64,000 nucleotides of DNA from Hyaloraphidium curvatum SAG 235-1 (Eukaryota > Fungi > Monoblepharomycota): contig JAIVFI010000001.1 of assembly GCA_025558095.1 (NCBI GenBank), forward strand, positions 1,054,001 to 1,118,000, given 5' to 3'. The translations under genes were made by a program, and so were the position numbers. This document shows positions 35,502 to 47,544 of this stretch, in pieces (the first letter of the stretch is position 1; every line of letters starts with the position of its first letter). A model generated the notes under the pieces. It was not told the DNA's origin and did no database searches. It worked only from the letters and a program-made list of their open reading frames with translations.

Positions 35502-38216
35502 CTAGGCAAGCACGTCGCCCACCACCGAAGACGGTGCCATCAACGCCCTCCTACGTTGCCAGATAGCGTTCGAGCCCAATGTCGCTACGTGCTTGCATAC
35601 TCGCTGGCAAAGAAGCCGGCGGAGGAGGCTCAGATGCCTTGCCGCAGAGGACGGGTCCGCCGAGAACGAAGCGCGTTTCCCCCGGCCGGAAGTGACACTG
35701 ACTGCCAAAGTCCGTGCCCACATCGAAGCACGCTGGCCAGCGTTTTGCGAATGGTCTGCTTGGGATAAGGCAATGTCGGCGACCGCGCATACGGCCACGA
35801 CGGCCGCTGCCAGATCCACCCCAATCGCCACCGCGCCCGCGTTGGACGCCGCCGGCGCCGATCCCGCATCCGCGGCGGCATCCAGCTCCCGCACCTCCGA
35901 ATCCAGCGCCGTGACATCACTGTCGCACGGCTTCATCTCCAGCACCGTCCGGTTCACCCCGAATGAATCCCTCCCGGAGCCCCCGGACCGCGCCGCACAC
36001 AGCCCCGAAGCCTCGCTCCGCAGCCTCGCCCCACCCCCCGACTCCGGCCTCGTCCACAGGGCGCGGCCGTTGCCGCGGCGCCAGGGGCACGCCTCAAGCC
36101 GGGGCCAGCGGGACGAGATGTTGGGGGCGGTGAGACACAGGCCCGTTTCGAGGTACACGGCCTGGCATTCGGGTCCGAGGTGCGGGGGGCAGTACATGGT
36201 CCACGGGGTTTCTGGGGTGCGGCTCGAGAGCATCGCATTGCGCTCGAAGCATTCGAGCGAGCGGTCGCCGTACGAGATCCTCACCGAGGCGATGGGGAGC
36301 GGGTTCGCGACCAGGCCGGGGTTCGTCGCGGATTCATTGAAGGTCGGCAAATGTTCCGTCGCACCTTCATTGATTCCAGGTTGGTTGCGCTGCATGGAAA
36401 ACAACGTTGCAACGCTTTTATCCCCGACCATGGCCACGCGCCTCTCGCCGCAATTGTAGCCGGGATAGGCAAGGCAGTAGGTGGTGGTGGTGGAGTTTTG
36501 GGACAGAAAGAAAATGGATGTCGGTAGTACTGTTCGAGACCTCGCAAGTGGCCCTGGGTTTGGAAGACAAATGGTGCATCGCCCACGGCCGACGTTGGGC
36601 ACGGCCGTACGCCCACCAGGGTGGTGCCGGGGGTTCGGAACAGGCAGTCGGACGAGTTGACCGCACGCAGGTACGAGAGCTCCGTCGTCCACGTGCAGTT
36701 CCCGTCAGCCGATAGCGGGCATACGCGCTGCCACGGCGCCGTGTCGTACGTTAGGTAGCATCCGAAAGCGTCGCACGCAAAGGAAATGAGCGTGCCTTCT
36801 TCGCCTCTGGCCGCGATGTACATTGGCTCGTCCAGAGCGACACCGGGTGGGATGCCCACCGACGTCGACGTGCAGCTCGTCGGTGGCGTCGCATTCCGCA
36901 GCGCAACCGCTTCGGCGGTACCGCACCACGCGAACCATGCACCGGTCCTGTTGCACAGCAAACCCTGCGTCGGATCGTCGCCCAGCGGGTTGCCGAGGGA
37001 CCAATCCACGTTCGTCGGGCACTCAAGCGCTGTCGGCGCGACGGAGAACGCGGAAACGTTGGTGCACCGGCTGTACTCGTACAACGTGCAGTTAGCCGGG
37101 TCGTTGTCATCCCTATACCCCTTCGAGGCAAAGGAGCCGACGCAGCCGGCGAGCGCGCCCACGCGGCGCACCCGCATGTAGAGGCCACCGTCGGTGCAGC
37201 TTTGGACGCAGGTCGCGTGGCCGAACACGGGCTGCGCGGTTCCTGCGGCCGGCGGGCAAGCCGACGGTCCCGCTGCGCCGTGGACGACCATATCCTCGGC
37301 GGGGCCGCACCACTCTGGGAGGGAGGCCGGATCGGTGCGGTTGCAGACGATTCCGCCCGCGGCCTCCGAATAGGCACGGGCACCAAGCCTCTGTTCCACG
37401 GGCTTCGGCGAGCACCCGGCGAGCGCGGTGCAGCTCGCGTCGGTGTAGACGGAACAGTTGCTTGGCGTCGCCACACCGTCGCTCCCGTATGTGGATCCGA
37501 GACACGTTGCCGTTATGCCGGCGCGGCGGATTTTGAGGAACAGCCCCCCGTGCGCGCAGCTCTTCATGTAGGTCCAGTTGCCAAAGTGCCAAGGGCGGCG
37601 CGAGCTGCTCGTCAACAGTGACGTCCGGGCACTCCACAGGCTTGATCTGGTTGACCCGATAGTTGTGCGCATCGCGGCACCAGGTCCCGTTCCAGCCTTT
37701 TTCGAGCCAGTCACACTGGGCGCCGCCACCGGGGGCGGGGTACTGCTCTCCAGGCAGAAGGTCCGTGCAAAAGGGATCCGAGTACCACGAGCAGCTTCCG
37801 GGCACGGCGCCGCGGCACGTCAACTCGGAACGTCGCGTAGGTGCTTTGCCCGGCGATGACACTCGGCATTTTCCGATTGCTGTAGTCGACGCCGAGCCAG
37901 GCGCAGCCATTCGAGGCGCTGCGGATGCAAGAGCTGGCTCGCTCGCACGAGTAGCTGGGCGGCTGGCGGACCGCGAGCCGGGAAGAGCCCCAGATGTCAG
38001 ATTGGCCGCCCTCGCAGCGCCCGACGCACTGCGCGAGGCGCAAAACGCTGCCCGAACCGGCCTTGGAGGCGTCCCGCCTCATGCGGCACACCGTGAAGTT
38101 GGACTCGAACTTGGCGTCCGAGGAGAACGTCGAGGCCGCCCGAGCGACCGCCGCCCCGCGGCGAGCAGCGCGAGCGACGCCGTCCACGAAATCCGCACTG
38201 CCCGCTGCCGCCCCAT
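35502..38216 (-). pseudogene. Frameshifted type-I membrane/secreted protein: signal peptide, three Cys-rich repeats, ricin-B-like domain(s), TM
   Basis: Coding signal changes frame near 38155, 37825, 37592 and 36512, with no usable intron at the 37592 and 36512 shifts. The TM-like segment AVAIGVDLAAAVVAVCAVADIAL contains Asp residues. Confidence 0.6.
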
Positions 38217-38878
38217 CGGCTCAAGTGGGGGAGAGGGGGACGAAAGGATAGGAAGGGGGCACCGAAGGGAAAGTTCTTCAGGGTGGAACGGCCGCCGCTC
38301 GCGTGGAGCTACCGCTGATGGTTTACGCGCGCCTGGGCATTTCGTGTGCCGAGCTGTACAGGTCCATTGTCTGATCTAAGGACCCGCTTTCGTCATGCTT
38401 CCACCTGGCCTTCAGTTAGCCAGGAACAGCCAGTACAGCAGCGCGACCCCCTCCCTTCCACCCAGCCCACCTCCGATTCTTTTGAAGATTCGGTCAATGC
38501 TTGTTATGTTACAACGATGCCATGTCTGTGACTCATGCTCGTTCGCTCGGATCTGCTCGGCAGGCTTTGCCGTTCACCCGATCGCAGACCCGGGGGTGGC
38601 CAGTCCCCGGATCCGCGGCCGGGCTTCCGGCTACGCCAACCTCGCGACCCTCACGACTCCTTCTTCCATGTTTGGCCCCTTCCTTCAGGTCCTTGCGGGA
38701 CCGCCCCGGCGACGCGGATCCGCGCCGGGGCTTCTGCTGAAGACGTGTTGCCGTGCCTTGAGGCCCGGCATCCCAATGAAGTCCGAAGACATCTGCGTCC
38801 CGCGGCGGACGTCCGCCGACGGGCTCCTGCTCGTGCCCGGCCGCGCAGATCTCGCACCGGGCCTCCACAAGCCCTCCC

Positions 38879-40111
38879 TCACTGCGCGCCCTGCGCACCC
38901 CGCGACCGTCCAAACCGCCTCAAGTAAGACAGCTTCCCCAGGGATGGGGTCGGGCAAGGGTGGCGGGGCCCTTGGGACCATCCCGCCTCCTCCACGCCCG
39001 AGCTGCCGGCATGGGGCTCCACAGCGTCCGCGTTCGGCAGTCCCATGAGCATGTCTTCCTCGGCCGACGAGGTCGGCGTCGACGGGGACAGGTCGTCAGA
39101 GGACCTGCCCCTCAGGGTGTCCGAGTCGGCTTCCGAGCTGAAGACCGACAGCTTGTCGTCGCCCGCCCCGGCTTCCACCAGGGCTTGCACGGCGGGCGGG
39201 CCGACGACCGGCTGCATGTCCTCCGAGGCGCTGTCCCAGGCTCCCGAGTCGGTTTGCACGAGGGACGAAGCGCTCCCGGCGGCGATCATGGTCTCCCAGA
39301 ACCGCCTGCGCTCGTTGAAGGCGCTCCGGCCGATGCGAAACGGGCTGCGGCTCTGAGGTCCGGCCGCATCCTCGAGCTCAGCGAGCACCTCGGCTTCCAC
39401 GCGGGCTTGCACGAGGGGTGCATCGCTGACGAGCTCCGAGGCGTCCTCGGGCTTCTGGGCAGCCTCGAGCATTCCCTCCGTGGCAGGCACGCCGGCTTCC
39501 CTCGGGGCTTGCACAGCGGCCTGCTCGGCGGGCTCCGGCTCCGGTTGCTCCAGCTCGTCCACCAGCAGCGCGAGCTGCCCGACGGCCTCGGCCTGCGAGC
39601 CCGCCCGCTCGACGACCTCCTGCACCGAGACGCCGGCCTTCTTGAGGAGCAAAAAGGCCCGGTAGGCCGCGACCTCCTTGTCCAGCTGCGCCTGGACGGC
39701 GTCCGGGTGGCAGCGCAGCTTGCTCATGAGGCGCACGAGCGACAGTCCGGCGCCGCAGAGGTAGTACATCTCCTCGGCGAGGGCGACAGCCGAGGCGCAC
39801 GGGCAGGGAGCAGCGCCGGCGCCGGCGAGAGTGTCCACGGGGGAGGGGGTGGGCTCCGGGGCCGGGGGTGCGGGGGCGGAGAAGGCAGCGGCGACCGGCA
39901 CGGCGACCGGCGGCGCTCGGGCGAAGCCGCTCTCCGTCGCCGACATCCGGCCGCCGATCGGGGCGAGCTTGGCCCAGGGAGTGCGGGAGGAGGCGGGGGC
40001 GGCCGGCGCGGGGGCGTCCGGGCGCGGGGCGAGCGCGGCCACGGTGCGGGCAACGAAGCGGCGCACACCGTCGAACGCGCGGCCAATGCGCGAGCGCCCG
40101 TCGCCCGACAT
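38879..40111 (-). CDS. Orphan 410-aa tandem-HTH-like protein (copy 2)
   Basis: Paralogue of 23746-24975; intact ORF, roughly 15-20 aa differences and one in-frame codon indel. Confidence 0.62.
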   Translation of the reverse strand: MSGDGRSRIGRAFDGVRRFVARTVAALAPRPDAPAPAAPASSRTPWAKLAPIGGRMSATESGFARAPPVAVPVAAAFSAPAPPAPEPTPSPVDTLAGAGAAPCPCASAVALAEEMYYLCGAGLSLVRLMSKLRCHPDAVQAQLDKEVAAYRAFLLLKKAGVSVQEVVERAGSQAEAVGQLALLVDELEQPEPEPAEQAAVQAPREAGVPATEGMLEAAQKPEDASELVSDAPLVQARVEAEVLAELEDAAGPQSRSPFRIGRSAFNERRRFWETMIAAGSASSLVQTDSGAWDSASEDMQPVVGPPAVQALVEAGAGDDKLSVFSSEADSDTLRGRSSDDLSPSTPTSSAEEDMLMGLPNADAVEPHAGSSGVEEAGWSQGPRHPCPTPSLGKLSYLRRFGRSRGAQGAQ

Positions 40112-40219
40112 GCTTGCCAGCGTCAGGGTATGCAGCGGCAGCAGGCGGCGTCGGCGGCGGCGATGAAGGCGGGGTGTGATGACACTGATGCCTGTGCCAA
40201 ACAGTGCCGGCGCCCCTGC

Positions 40220-40227
40220 CTTTTATA
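40220..40227 (-). promoter_or_regulatory. TATA box of the right orphan HTH gene
   Basis: cttttata on + strand = TATAAAAG on - strand. Confidence 0.6.
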
Positions 40228-41747
40228 GTCGTGGCTGGCTGGGAACCTTCGGCGGCCCCTCCACGCCCTCCCTCCCGGCCGATCGCCGCCGCGCCGCGCA
40301 GGTAGCCAGCCGAGACCGAGATGCAGCCGGCCCGGGGGCGGCGGAGCCCCGGCGACGACTTTGAAAATCGGCTCCGAGCACAGCCAAGGCACCTCCATTG
40401 TTTGGGTCAATCACCCCGCGCCGATGGAGGCCCGCGAGCACCCGCGCACACCGCCGACGCGTCGCCCCCGCTCTGCGCTCCGCGCCGCCGGCGGCGCCGG
40501 GCCCGGAACGGCGCGTCCGAAGTTCCAACCCGCCTCGTCGACCCGCGCTGCGTTTTCTCCATCCCGCGGCATTAAGCCGGCGGCTCCACTCGGGCCGCTC
40601 TCATCGACGTCTTTCGAGGCCGCGGGGCGGCTCGGAGGTCGAATCACCGCGGCTCCGGCCCAACGCGCACCGTCACCGCTCCGGGCACCCCGCTCCCCAT
40701 CGCCCGTCGCCTGCTGCAACGAGCGCCGCCGCCCCATTTTTTTCCGGCATTTGCGGGCTGCGAGCTTCGCACGCCGAGCGTTCCCGGGACGGCGTATCCG
40801 AGCTCCCGACCGAGTCCGCATGCTTCTCCCGCCCGGCGCCATCCCCGGACTACCGGGCTCGGAACACGCCCACAGGAAGGCTCCCACGGCCGGCCGCGTT
40901 TGTTCCCTCACGGCTGCACCGACGGCAGCCGCTTCGGCAGCACGGCGAGCCCGCCCGCTCCCGGAGCCGGTTGGCACGCTCCCCGCGGGTTCCTCGCGCG
41001 CAGCGACGGGTCCTGCGGTCCCTCCCGCCCGGGGCAGGCAGTCGGACACCGGGACAGCCGGGTGCGGACCGAAGAGCCGGAGGTCGCCGGCGTGTTTGCG
41101 AAGCCGGGCTGGTGGAGCTTCCACGGAGGTGGTGCTCACGGGCGGGAATTCCCGCGCGGTGGACAGGCGGCTGCGGACGTTGATGATTCAGCTGCTTTGA
41201 AAGACCCGATACCGCGCATTTTCGGCCTTGTTGGGGTTTTGGCGACCGTTTGGAGCATCGGGACCATGCCGCCTCGGGCACCACGGATTCCGCCTTCTGG
41301 ATAAGAGACTGCAAGAAGCCAAACAAATGAATTGCAGCTGGGCACCGATGTTCGGGATTGCAGAGCTCAAGCCGTTTCGGCACATCGCCTGAGGCTCTTG
41401 AGCTGTCCCAGCACCCTCCCCAGTTCTCAACAGGACTTCTCAAGCTTGCCCAGTCTTCACGCAGCAAGTCCAAGCTGACCTCGGATTCTGCGGATTCGAA
41501 TCGGACGGACTGGTTGAAGACTTTCGTGGCGGCCAGCGAGACACGGGTAGGGTGGAAGTCCGCTTCGTGTTACAGATCGGCTGTGGTGTTACAGGTTATG
41601 ATACGATATAGTCCTCGCTCGTCCGACAGGCGGCCGTGTCCATGCGGCCGTGTGGGTATCGCAGGTATAGAGCTGCGTAGGATGCGGGCTTAGTGGACGA
41701 TCGAGCACCCTCGCTTCCTGGCCAGCCCACCGTGCGAAAGGGCCGGA

Positions 41748-41849
41748 TCAATCCGACTCGCGGTTGGGGTTCTCGGGCGCCGTCTTCCAGTTCTCTCCAG
41801 CGAGCCTCATCAGGTCCTTGTGGACCTTGTCCGGGTTCTCGCTCTTGAG
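41748..41849 (-). pseudogene. 5'-truncated copy of the YABBY/HMG-like last exon
   Basis: LKSENPDKVHKDLMRLAGENWKTAPENPNRESD* matches 21991-22092; the upstream frame reaches TGA within ~13 codons. Confidence 0.7.
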
Positions 41850-42461
41850 GCGCGCCGGTCGTCGCGACCAACGACAAACAAGTATTCAGAACATAGCTGG
41901 ACATCTGCTGCTCGGGTGCCGGCCACGAAATCACGAGACAGATTTCTCCTCGAACGCTCTGAGGAAATTAGCTGCGTTCTTTTCGACTCTTCCCCATGTC
42001 TCGAATCCCTCGCAGCTTTGGGCACATTACTGCTCAAACGCGATCGATCTCCTGCCTTTTTAACTCGTCGACCTAACTCTTGCCTTTTGGGACCGCTTCG
42101 CCGAACTCACAGTGCGTGTAACGCTGCTCTCTTGAGGTCCCAGTACAGATCCCGCACCCCATGCACAGAGCAAAACCCCGAGCACGCAGTTGAGCAGGTC
42201 GCCATTCTCAGCTGTCTCACATGGATTCCTTGCTTGTTTCCCACGAGATCTGCCAAGAAAGCCTCTTCACGGACGACCGTCAAGAATCCCGCGCAACGTC
42301 CCGCGCGAATCGAATGTCGGTTCCCAGCAACAAGAAGGCAAGCAGTGATCTGCTTTGGCATCAGCTGGACGACGTCTCGGCGTCCGTGATGTTGTTCGAT
42401 CCCACCGCAGCGTCCCTGGGCTGACGTCTCCCGTCCACAAGCCCCCGCCCAGGGTCTCGCG

Positions 42462-43916
42462 ATGGCAGCCGATGTACCGGTCGAAAGCACGGCACTCGTG
42501 CCTATTGATGCCGCGGACGGAAAGGAGGCGCCCGCGCCGCTCCCGACTGCCGCGCCTGCGCGCAGGCGGCACGTGCTCCTCGAGCTTGGTCGGAACTTCG
42601 TTTCCTACGGTGGCTCGCTGTTTGGCGACCCGGCAATGTTCTCGTCGCTTGCAACCGCGCTCAGAGTTCCGGGAGAGTTTGCCCTCGCTACCGGCAAGCT
42701 CGTGCTCGTCCGTTTCGAGCGCGTGGACGGCGACCCTGGGGCGGACAGCGACCCGGGCACACAGTCGCACCTCGAAACGAGGTTCGATGCGATTGCGCGG
42801 GGCTACGATTTGCGGCGCTTGGACCTCATAACGGAGCTCATGAAGGACGTGCAGGGTCGATGTGCCGGGCCTGCCGGCTCCCCTCCCGAGTCGGTGGCCT
42901 ACATCGATGCCGTCGAGGCACGGCTCAAGGAAATAGCATCCATGCCGCCTCAGATTCCAGGATGGGTCAAGGATTTCGTGGTGCTTCCCTTGATCAGCTC
43001 GGGCTTCGCGGCGATGTTCTACGACGGACCTTGGATCTCGTGCGCGTTGGCGCTGCCGCTGGGCTACATCCAGACCGTTGTCAAGATGGCGATTGACGGC
43101 GCCAACCCCGTTATGACGTATCTGTACGAATTCCTGACCGCCTCCCTGGTGGGCCTCTTCGCCGGCATCATCGTCGGGTCGGGAACCTTTGCCGGCAAAG
43201 GACTGTGCTTTAGCACCCTCGGGCTCGCCGGCGTCGTCTGGTGCATCCCAGGCCTCCCGCTTGTCCTCTCGGCCATGCAGCTCGCATCGGGTGAGACCGG
43301 TGCGGGCGGAAGCAACCTCGCGGCGGCAATTCTCCTTGTTTTCTTTCTTGGATTCGGCCTTGAATTCGGTCTGCGGTGTACTCTCATTTTCGGCCTCCCC
43401 GCGCCCCCCGACCCGAACTGCGTCCCAGCGGACGTTTCGGCGTGGTGGTACTTCCTACTCTTTCCCATCATCGGCGTCCTTCACTGCATGGCCCTGGAAG
43501 TATCGTGGCCGCGAGGGTATCTCATAGCGATTCCGCCCGCCGGCCTCGCATTCCTGGCCTGGTATGCCCTGCAGCTCATTCCTTCGGTCGAGAAGGCCGG
43601 TATCACGGGCTTCGGTTTTGTTCTCATGGTATCCGGAATCTCGGCTTGCCTGCCTGCCTTTGCCTACGCGCGGTACACGGGAAGGTCGGCATTTCCGATC
43701 GTTTACTTGTCGTTTCAGTTCATCGTTCCCGGGGGACTTTCGCTCAAGGCGGCGCTCTCGGACTTTGGTTCCCTCGCGGGGTTCACGGGCAGCGCTTTTG
43801 CCGCGAAGGTGCTTGCGGGGGCCCTGGGCGTGACGGTGGGGAGCTTCGTGGCGCATGCGCTCGTGTGGCCGAGGAAACCGAAGGTGGGGGCGTGGGAGCC
43901 TCTGCCTTACCGCTGA
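42462..43916 (+). CDS. Threonine/serine exporter (ThrE)/PRM10-like multi-pass membrane protein, intronless
   Basis: LLELGRNFVSYG N-domain, about 10 hydrophobic helices, repeated CIPGLPL / IVPGGLS motifs. Confidence 0.75.
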   Translation: MAADVPVESTALVPIDAADGKEAPAPLPTAAPARRRHVLLELGRNFVSYGGSLFGDPAMFSSLATALRVPGEFALATGKLVLVRFERVDGDPGADSDPGTQSHLETRFDAIARGYDLRRLDLITELMKDVQGRCAGPAGSPPESVAYIDAVEARLKEIASMPPQIPGWVKDFVVLPLISSGFAAMFYDGPWISCALALPLGYIQTVVKMAIDGANPVMTYLYEFLTASLVGLFAGIIVGSGTFAGKGLCFSTLGLAGVVWCIPGLPLVLSAMQLASGETGAGGSNLAAAILLVFFLGFGLEFGLRCTLIFGLPAPPDPNCVPADVSAWWYFLLFPIIGVLHCMALEVSWPRGYLIAIPPAGLAFLAWYALQLIPSVEKAGITGFGFVLMVSGISACLPAFAYARYTGRSAFPIVYLSFQFIVPGGLSLKAALSDFGSLAGFTGSAFAAKVLAGALGVTVGSFVAHALVWPRKPKVGAWEPLPYR

Positions 43917-43982
43917 AGGACATGAGCAGGCCGGTGAGCAGGTGGCTTGAGAAACGATTCCAATCAAACAACCATGCCATCG

Positions 43983-46275
43983 TCACACCATGGCGTTTTG
44001 CAACGCAGCCTCCAGGTCCAACTTCCTCTTGAGATTCCAGCACCGTGTTTCGAGCGGCTGCTGCATGCTAAACTTCCTTCCCGTGTTCGGTCCGACCGAC
44101 CATCCCTTTGCTTTGGCCTCCGCCGGCGCGTATCCACCAGCACTGGCGAGCTCCAACTGCTCCTGCGCCTTGGCATAGTCGCCGTGCTCCTCATGGCAAA
44201 CTGCCGCCACATAGCGCGCAAAAGGGACGATCCAATGCTCCAGTGAGATCAAGTGCCCCGCGGCCGGGATCTTGCCAAACAGCACGTCCAGCGCACGCGA
44301 CACGGGGGGGTTAGGTCTCTTCGGCCGCGCCAGAACCGTCGACGGGGTCACCTGCCGCATGCGGCTCAGGGAACCGGGTGATTCAGAGCGGATGTCCGCA
44401 ACGCTGCGGAGGAGAAGGCACAAACATAGATCGTCCGCAAAACCCGACGCTGTGGGGAACTGCGGAGCCGAGGTCGATTTGGGACTCGGTGGAGCAGAAA
44501 AAGAGGAAGACTTTGAGGCCCTTGCAGCCGGCGCAGAGGCCATAATCGAGGCAAAGTCGACGGGATTCTGCGCTTGCAGCTTTGCCAGCGCCTCATCCAC
44601 AGTTTGCACGACTTTTTCCAAGCTCTCTCCCGGCATCATGTCGAAAATGTTAAAGAAGTAGAAGAATTCCAGCTCAGGAAGCAGTAGAGACTTTCCCTGC
44701 GACGCAAAGCGCCGCGTCTTTCTGGCCAGGTACTTCTCGAGCGGTATGCTCTTGCCGGCAATCTTCTGCCGCGCCGCGTTCACTTTGGCGAACCGCTCCG
44801 CGGCTTCGTCCGTCTTGCCCAGGGCGTACAAGCAGACGCCGACCCCATAGAGGTACACCGCGGGGCTCCACTTGCTTTCCTCGAGTAGTGTCGTCAGAAG
44901 CTCGGCGCACTTGCCGTAGTCCAGCGAAGCACCTGCGGCAAGGACGAGTTCCCACATGGCCAAATGACTGAGGCTCGGCCTAATCAACCCATTAGGAGCC
45001 CTGTTAACTCGGAGCGAAACGAAAGACCTACCAATCCTCCTGTATGGTTAGAAGCTTGGTGAAGCCCACCGCAGCGCGGTCCGGTTGAGCATCGGAGAGA
45101 AAGAGTCGCGAGTGCATCTCCAAGAAAGGTATCGCGTTTGGGTGCGCTTTCAGCCCCTGCTCCAAGATTGTCCGGCCGAACTCTACATCCGCGTTGACCA
45201 ATGGTACCAGGGTCGGGAAGACGCTGTGAAACATCGCCAACTGGAGTCGCGCCAGGAACTGACGGAGCGCCTTGGAACAGGGAGAAAAGGGGAAAGTGGC
45301 GGCGGCGCATTTGGGTGGCACTGCAGCACCGCCCGAGACCTTGCCAGCCTCCTTAACGGCCTTCATTGACCACCGCGGCCGGATCTTGTAACCAGCCGCG
45401 GCTTCCAGGCACGCCAGGCCGAGATCCTGATCTCCACCGTAGCCGACGACCTCAAAGAGCTTCACGATCTTTGACGGCAGCATCGAGAGCAGCAGATTGA
45501 AGGTTCCAATGCCGAATAAAACGCCAGCCAGAAAGTTGTCGTCCACCTCGTCCGCTAGATCCGTCTTCCCTTTCGCGACGCGATCCAGGTACGAGTAGAA
45601 CGTGGTGTAGGTTCCGTAGCTGCTCCGTATGTTGAGTCCCTCGCGGACGAAGGAAAGAATGTTGCCATCGGTGATTATGGCAAGCAACGCGCGCATGAGA
45701 AAGACCTCCGCTCGAATCAGTTCGGCGTGGCGCATGAGTGTGGTCATCTGCTTGACGTTCAGAGTACTGCCCGGCTTGACCGCGTTCGCAACCGTGCTTG
45801 CAACCGTCGCAGCAACGCTGGCGATGCTCGACAGAACCCCGCCCCTGGCTTCGGGCGGACGCCGAAGAGCGTCCGCCATGGCAAGCGCGTTTCGTAGCGA
45901 GTCCTTGGCAACGGCAACATCGTCACCCTCGAACGTAATCAATGCTCGCAGCGTGTGTATAGCTGCCAACGCCAGTCCGTGATACAAGGACTCTCCCGCG
46001 CGTGGCGTGAGGACTCCTTCGGCGGCGGCCATTCGCGACTGCATAAAAAAAGCGATGGCTTTGTAGCAGTCCTGGATCGACGCTGACAAGTCCGTCTCCG
46101 ACTTCCTTCTCCATTGGGGCGTGTCACGGGCTGGGTCAAAGAACTCTGGCCTCCTTCCGTTGTCTCCCGCGGGGTTCTCGTCCGCGGTCACGTCGCGATC
46201 CAGACTCAGCCGCTCGACCGCAACAGCTACATCGTCCTCCGCATCCAGGAATTCGTCGTCAGAGTCGTCCGCCAT
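43983..46275 (-). CDS. IML2/TTC39 family TPR-like protein
   Basis: SLYHGL, HAELIRAE, FVREGLNIRSSY, GVLFGIGTFNLLLSMLPSKIVKLFEVVGYGGD, ESKWSPAVYLY, KIAGKSIPLEKY. Confidence 0.9.
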
Positions 46276-46377
46276 CGCAGCGGAAGCACCCGCACAACGC
46301 CGCCGTTGGGCGTTGGTGCGAGTCGTCCGAAATCTTGCCGAAATCTCAAAACCTGTCGGTCGAACGCGTCACGAAAG

Positions 46378-47504
46378 ATGGCCGCGATAACGGCAAAGAA
46401 CTTCCGGATCGCCTTGATCCAGCTTGCTGTTACGGCGGACAAGGCGCTGAATCTTTCGAATGCGCGGAACAAGGTGCTGGAAGCCGCTAAGGCCGGAAGC
46501 CAGGTGGTCGTCCTCCCGGAAATCTTCAACAGCGTCGGTGGAGCTGCAAGCACAGGTTCAAGCCTGGTTTCACCGTGATGCCTTTCTACAGCCGTACGGA
46601 GTCCAGTTCTTTGACAAGTACGCGGAGAACATCCCGAACGGACCTTCCACCGAGGCTCTCTCGGCAATGGCCCGCGACGCCGCTGTCTACCTCATAGGCG
46701 GATCGATTCCTGGTCTGTTCCCATGAAAGACCCTTTGGTAGACTGCTCATTCTTCGCTTTGCAGAACGAGACTCCTCCTCGCCGCCCCGCCTCTACAACA
46801 CCTGCCCCATCTTCTCGCCGACGGGGAAGCTACTGGCGACGCACCGCAAGGTGCACCTCTTCGACATCGAGATCCCCGGCAAAATCCGCTTCAAGGAATC
46901 GGAGGTGCTCACCGGCGGCGATTCCTTGACTCTGGTCGAAACCGAGTACGGCAAGCTCGGGATCGGCATTTGCTACGACATCCGGTTCCCCGAGATGGCC
47001 ATGATCGCGGCGAGAAAGGGCGCAGTGGCCATGATCTACCCCGGTGCCTTCAACACTGTGACTGGACCGCTCCACTGTGAGTTCTCGTGGTCGGCCAAAG
47101 TCAGCCGCGACTGACTTCCTTTCCTGCAGGGGATCTGCTTCAGAGAGGCCGGGCCAATGACAACCAGATTTGGGTGGCGATGTGCTCGCCCGCGCGGAAC
47201 ACGAATCCGACGCCGGAGACGGGCAACTACGAGGCTTGGGGACACTCACAGGTCACGGATGCTAACGGGATCATTGTGAGCACGACGGAGGAGAAGGAGG
47301 CGATCGTGTACGCGGATGTGGATGTCGAGCGCGTCAAGGAGGTTCGGAGCGGCATCCCGATCACGGTGCAGAGACGGTTCGACGTTTACGCCGATGGTGG
47401 GTCACGGGGTCTTCTGATCATCGGTCATGGCTAACGCGACCGCAGTGAGCGTTTGCGAACCGACGGCAAAGAGAAAAGCCGAGCAGCCGAATGGGCACCA
47501 TTGA
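46378..47504 (+). CDS. NIT3: Omega-amidase, nitrilase family (NIT3/NIT2)
   Basis: VVLPEIFNSPYG, IGGSIPE, HRKVHLFDIEIPGKIRFKESEVL, GICYDIRFPE, YPGAFNTVTGPLHW, RANDNQ, AWGHS. Confidence 0.92.
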
Positions 47505-47544
47505 TGACGATTGTATTGCCTAAAGCGTGGGTATCGCAAACAAT

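Larger units (their letters stand above)
38504..41849 (-). repeat. Right arm of ~3.34-kb inverted repeat
   Basis: Reverse complement of 21991-25333 with scattered substitutions and small indels (10-nt near 40420, 6-nt near 41450). Confidence 0.97.

Noticed and set aside
21991-41849. Giant DNA transposon or Helitron interpretation of the inverted repeat
   Set aside because: No transposase or Rep-helicase, no target-site duplication, no CTRR end; the boundary cuts a host exon and the interior holds housekeeping genes
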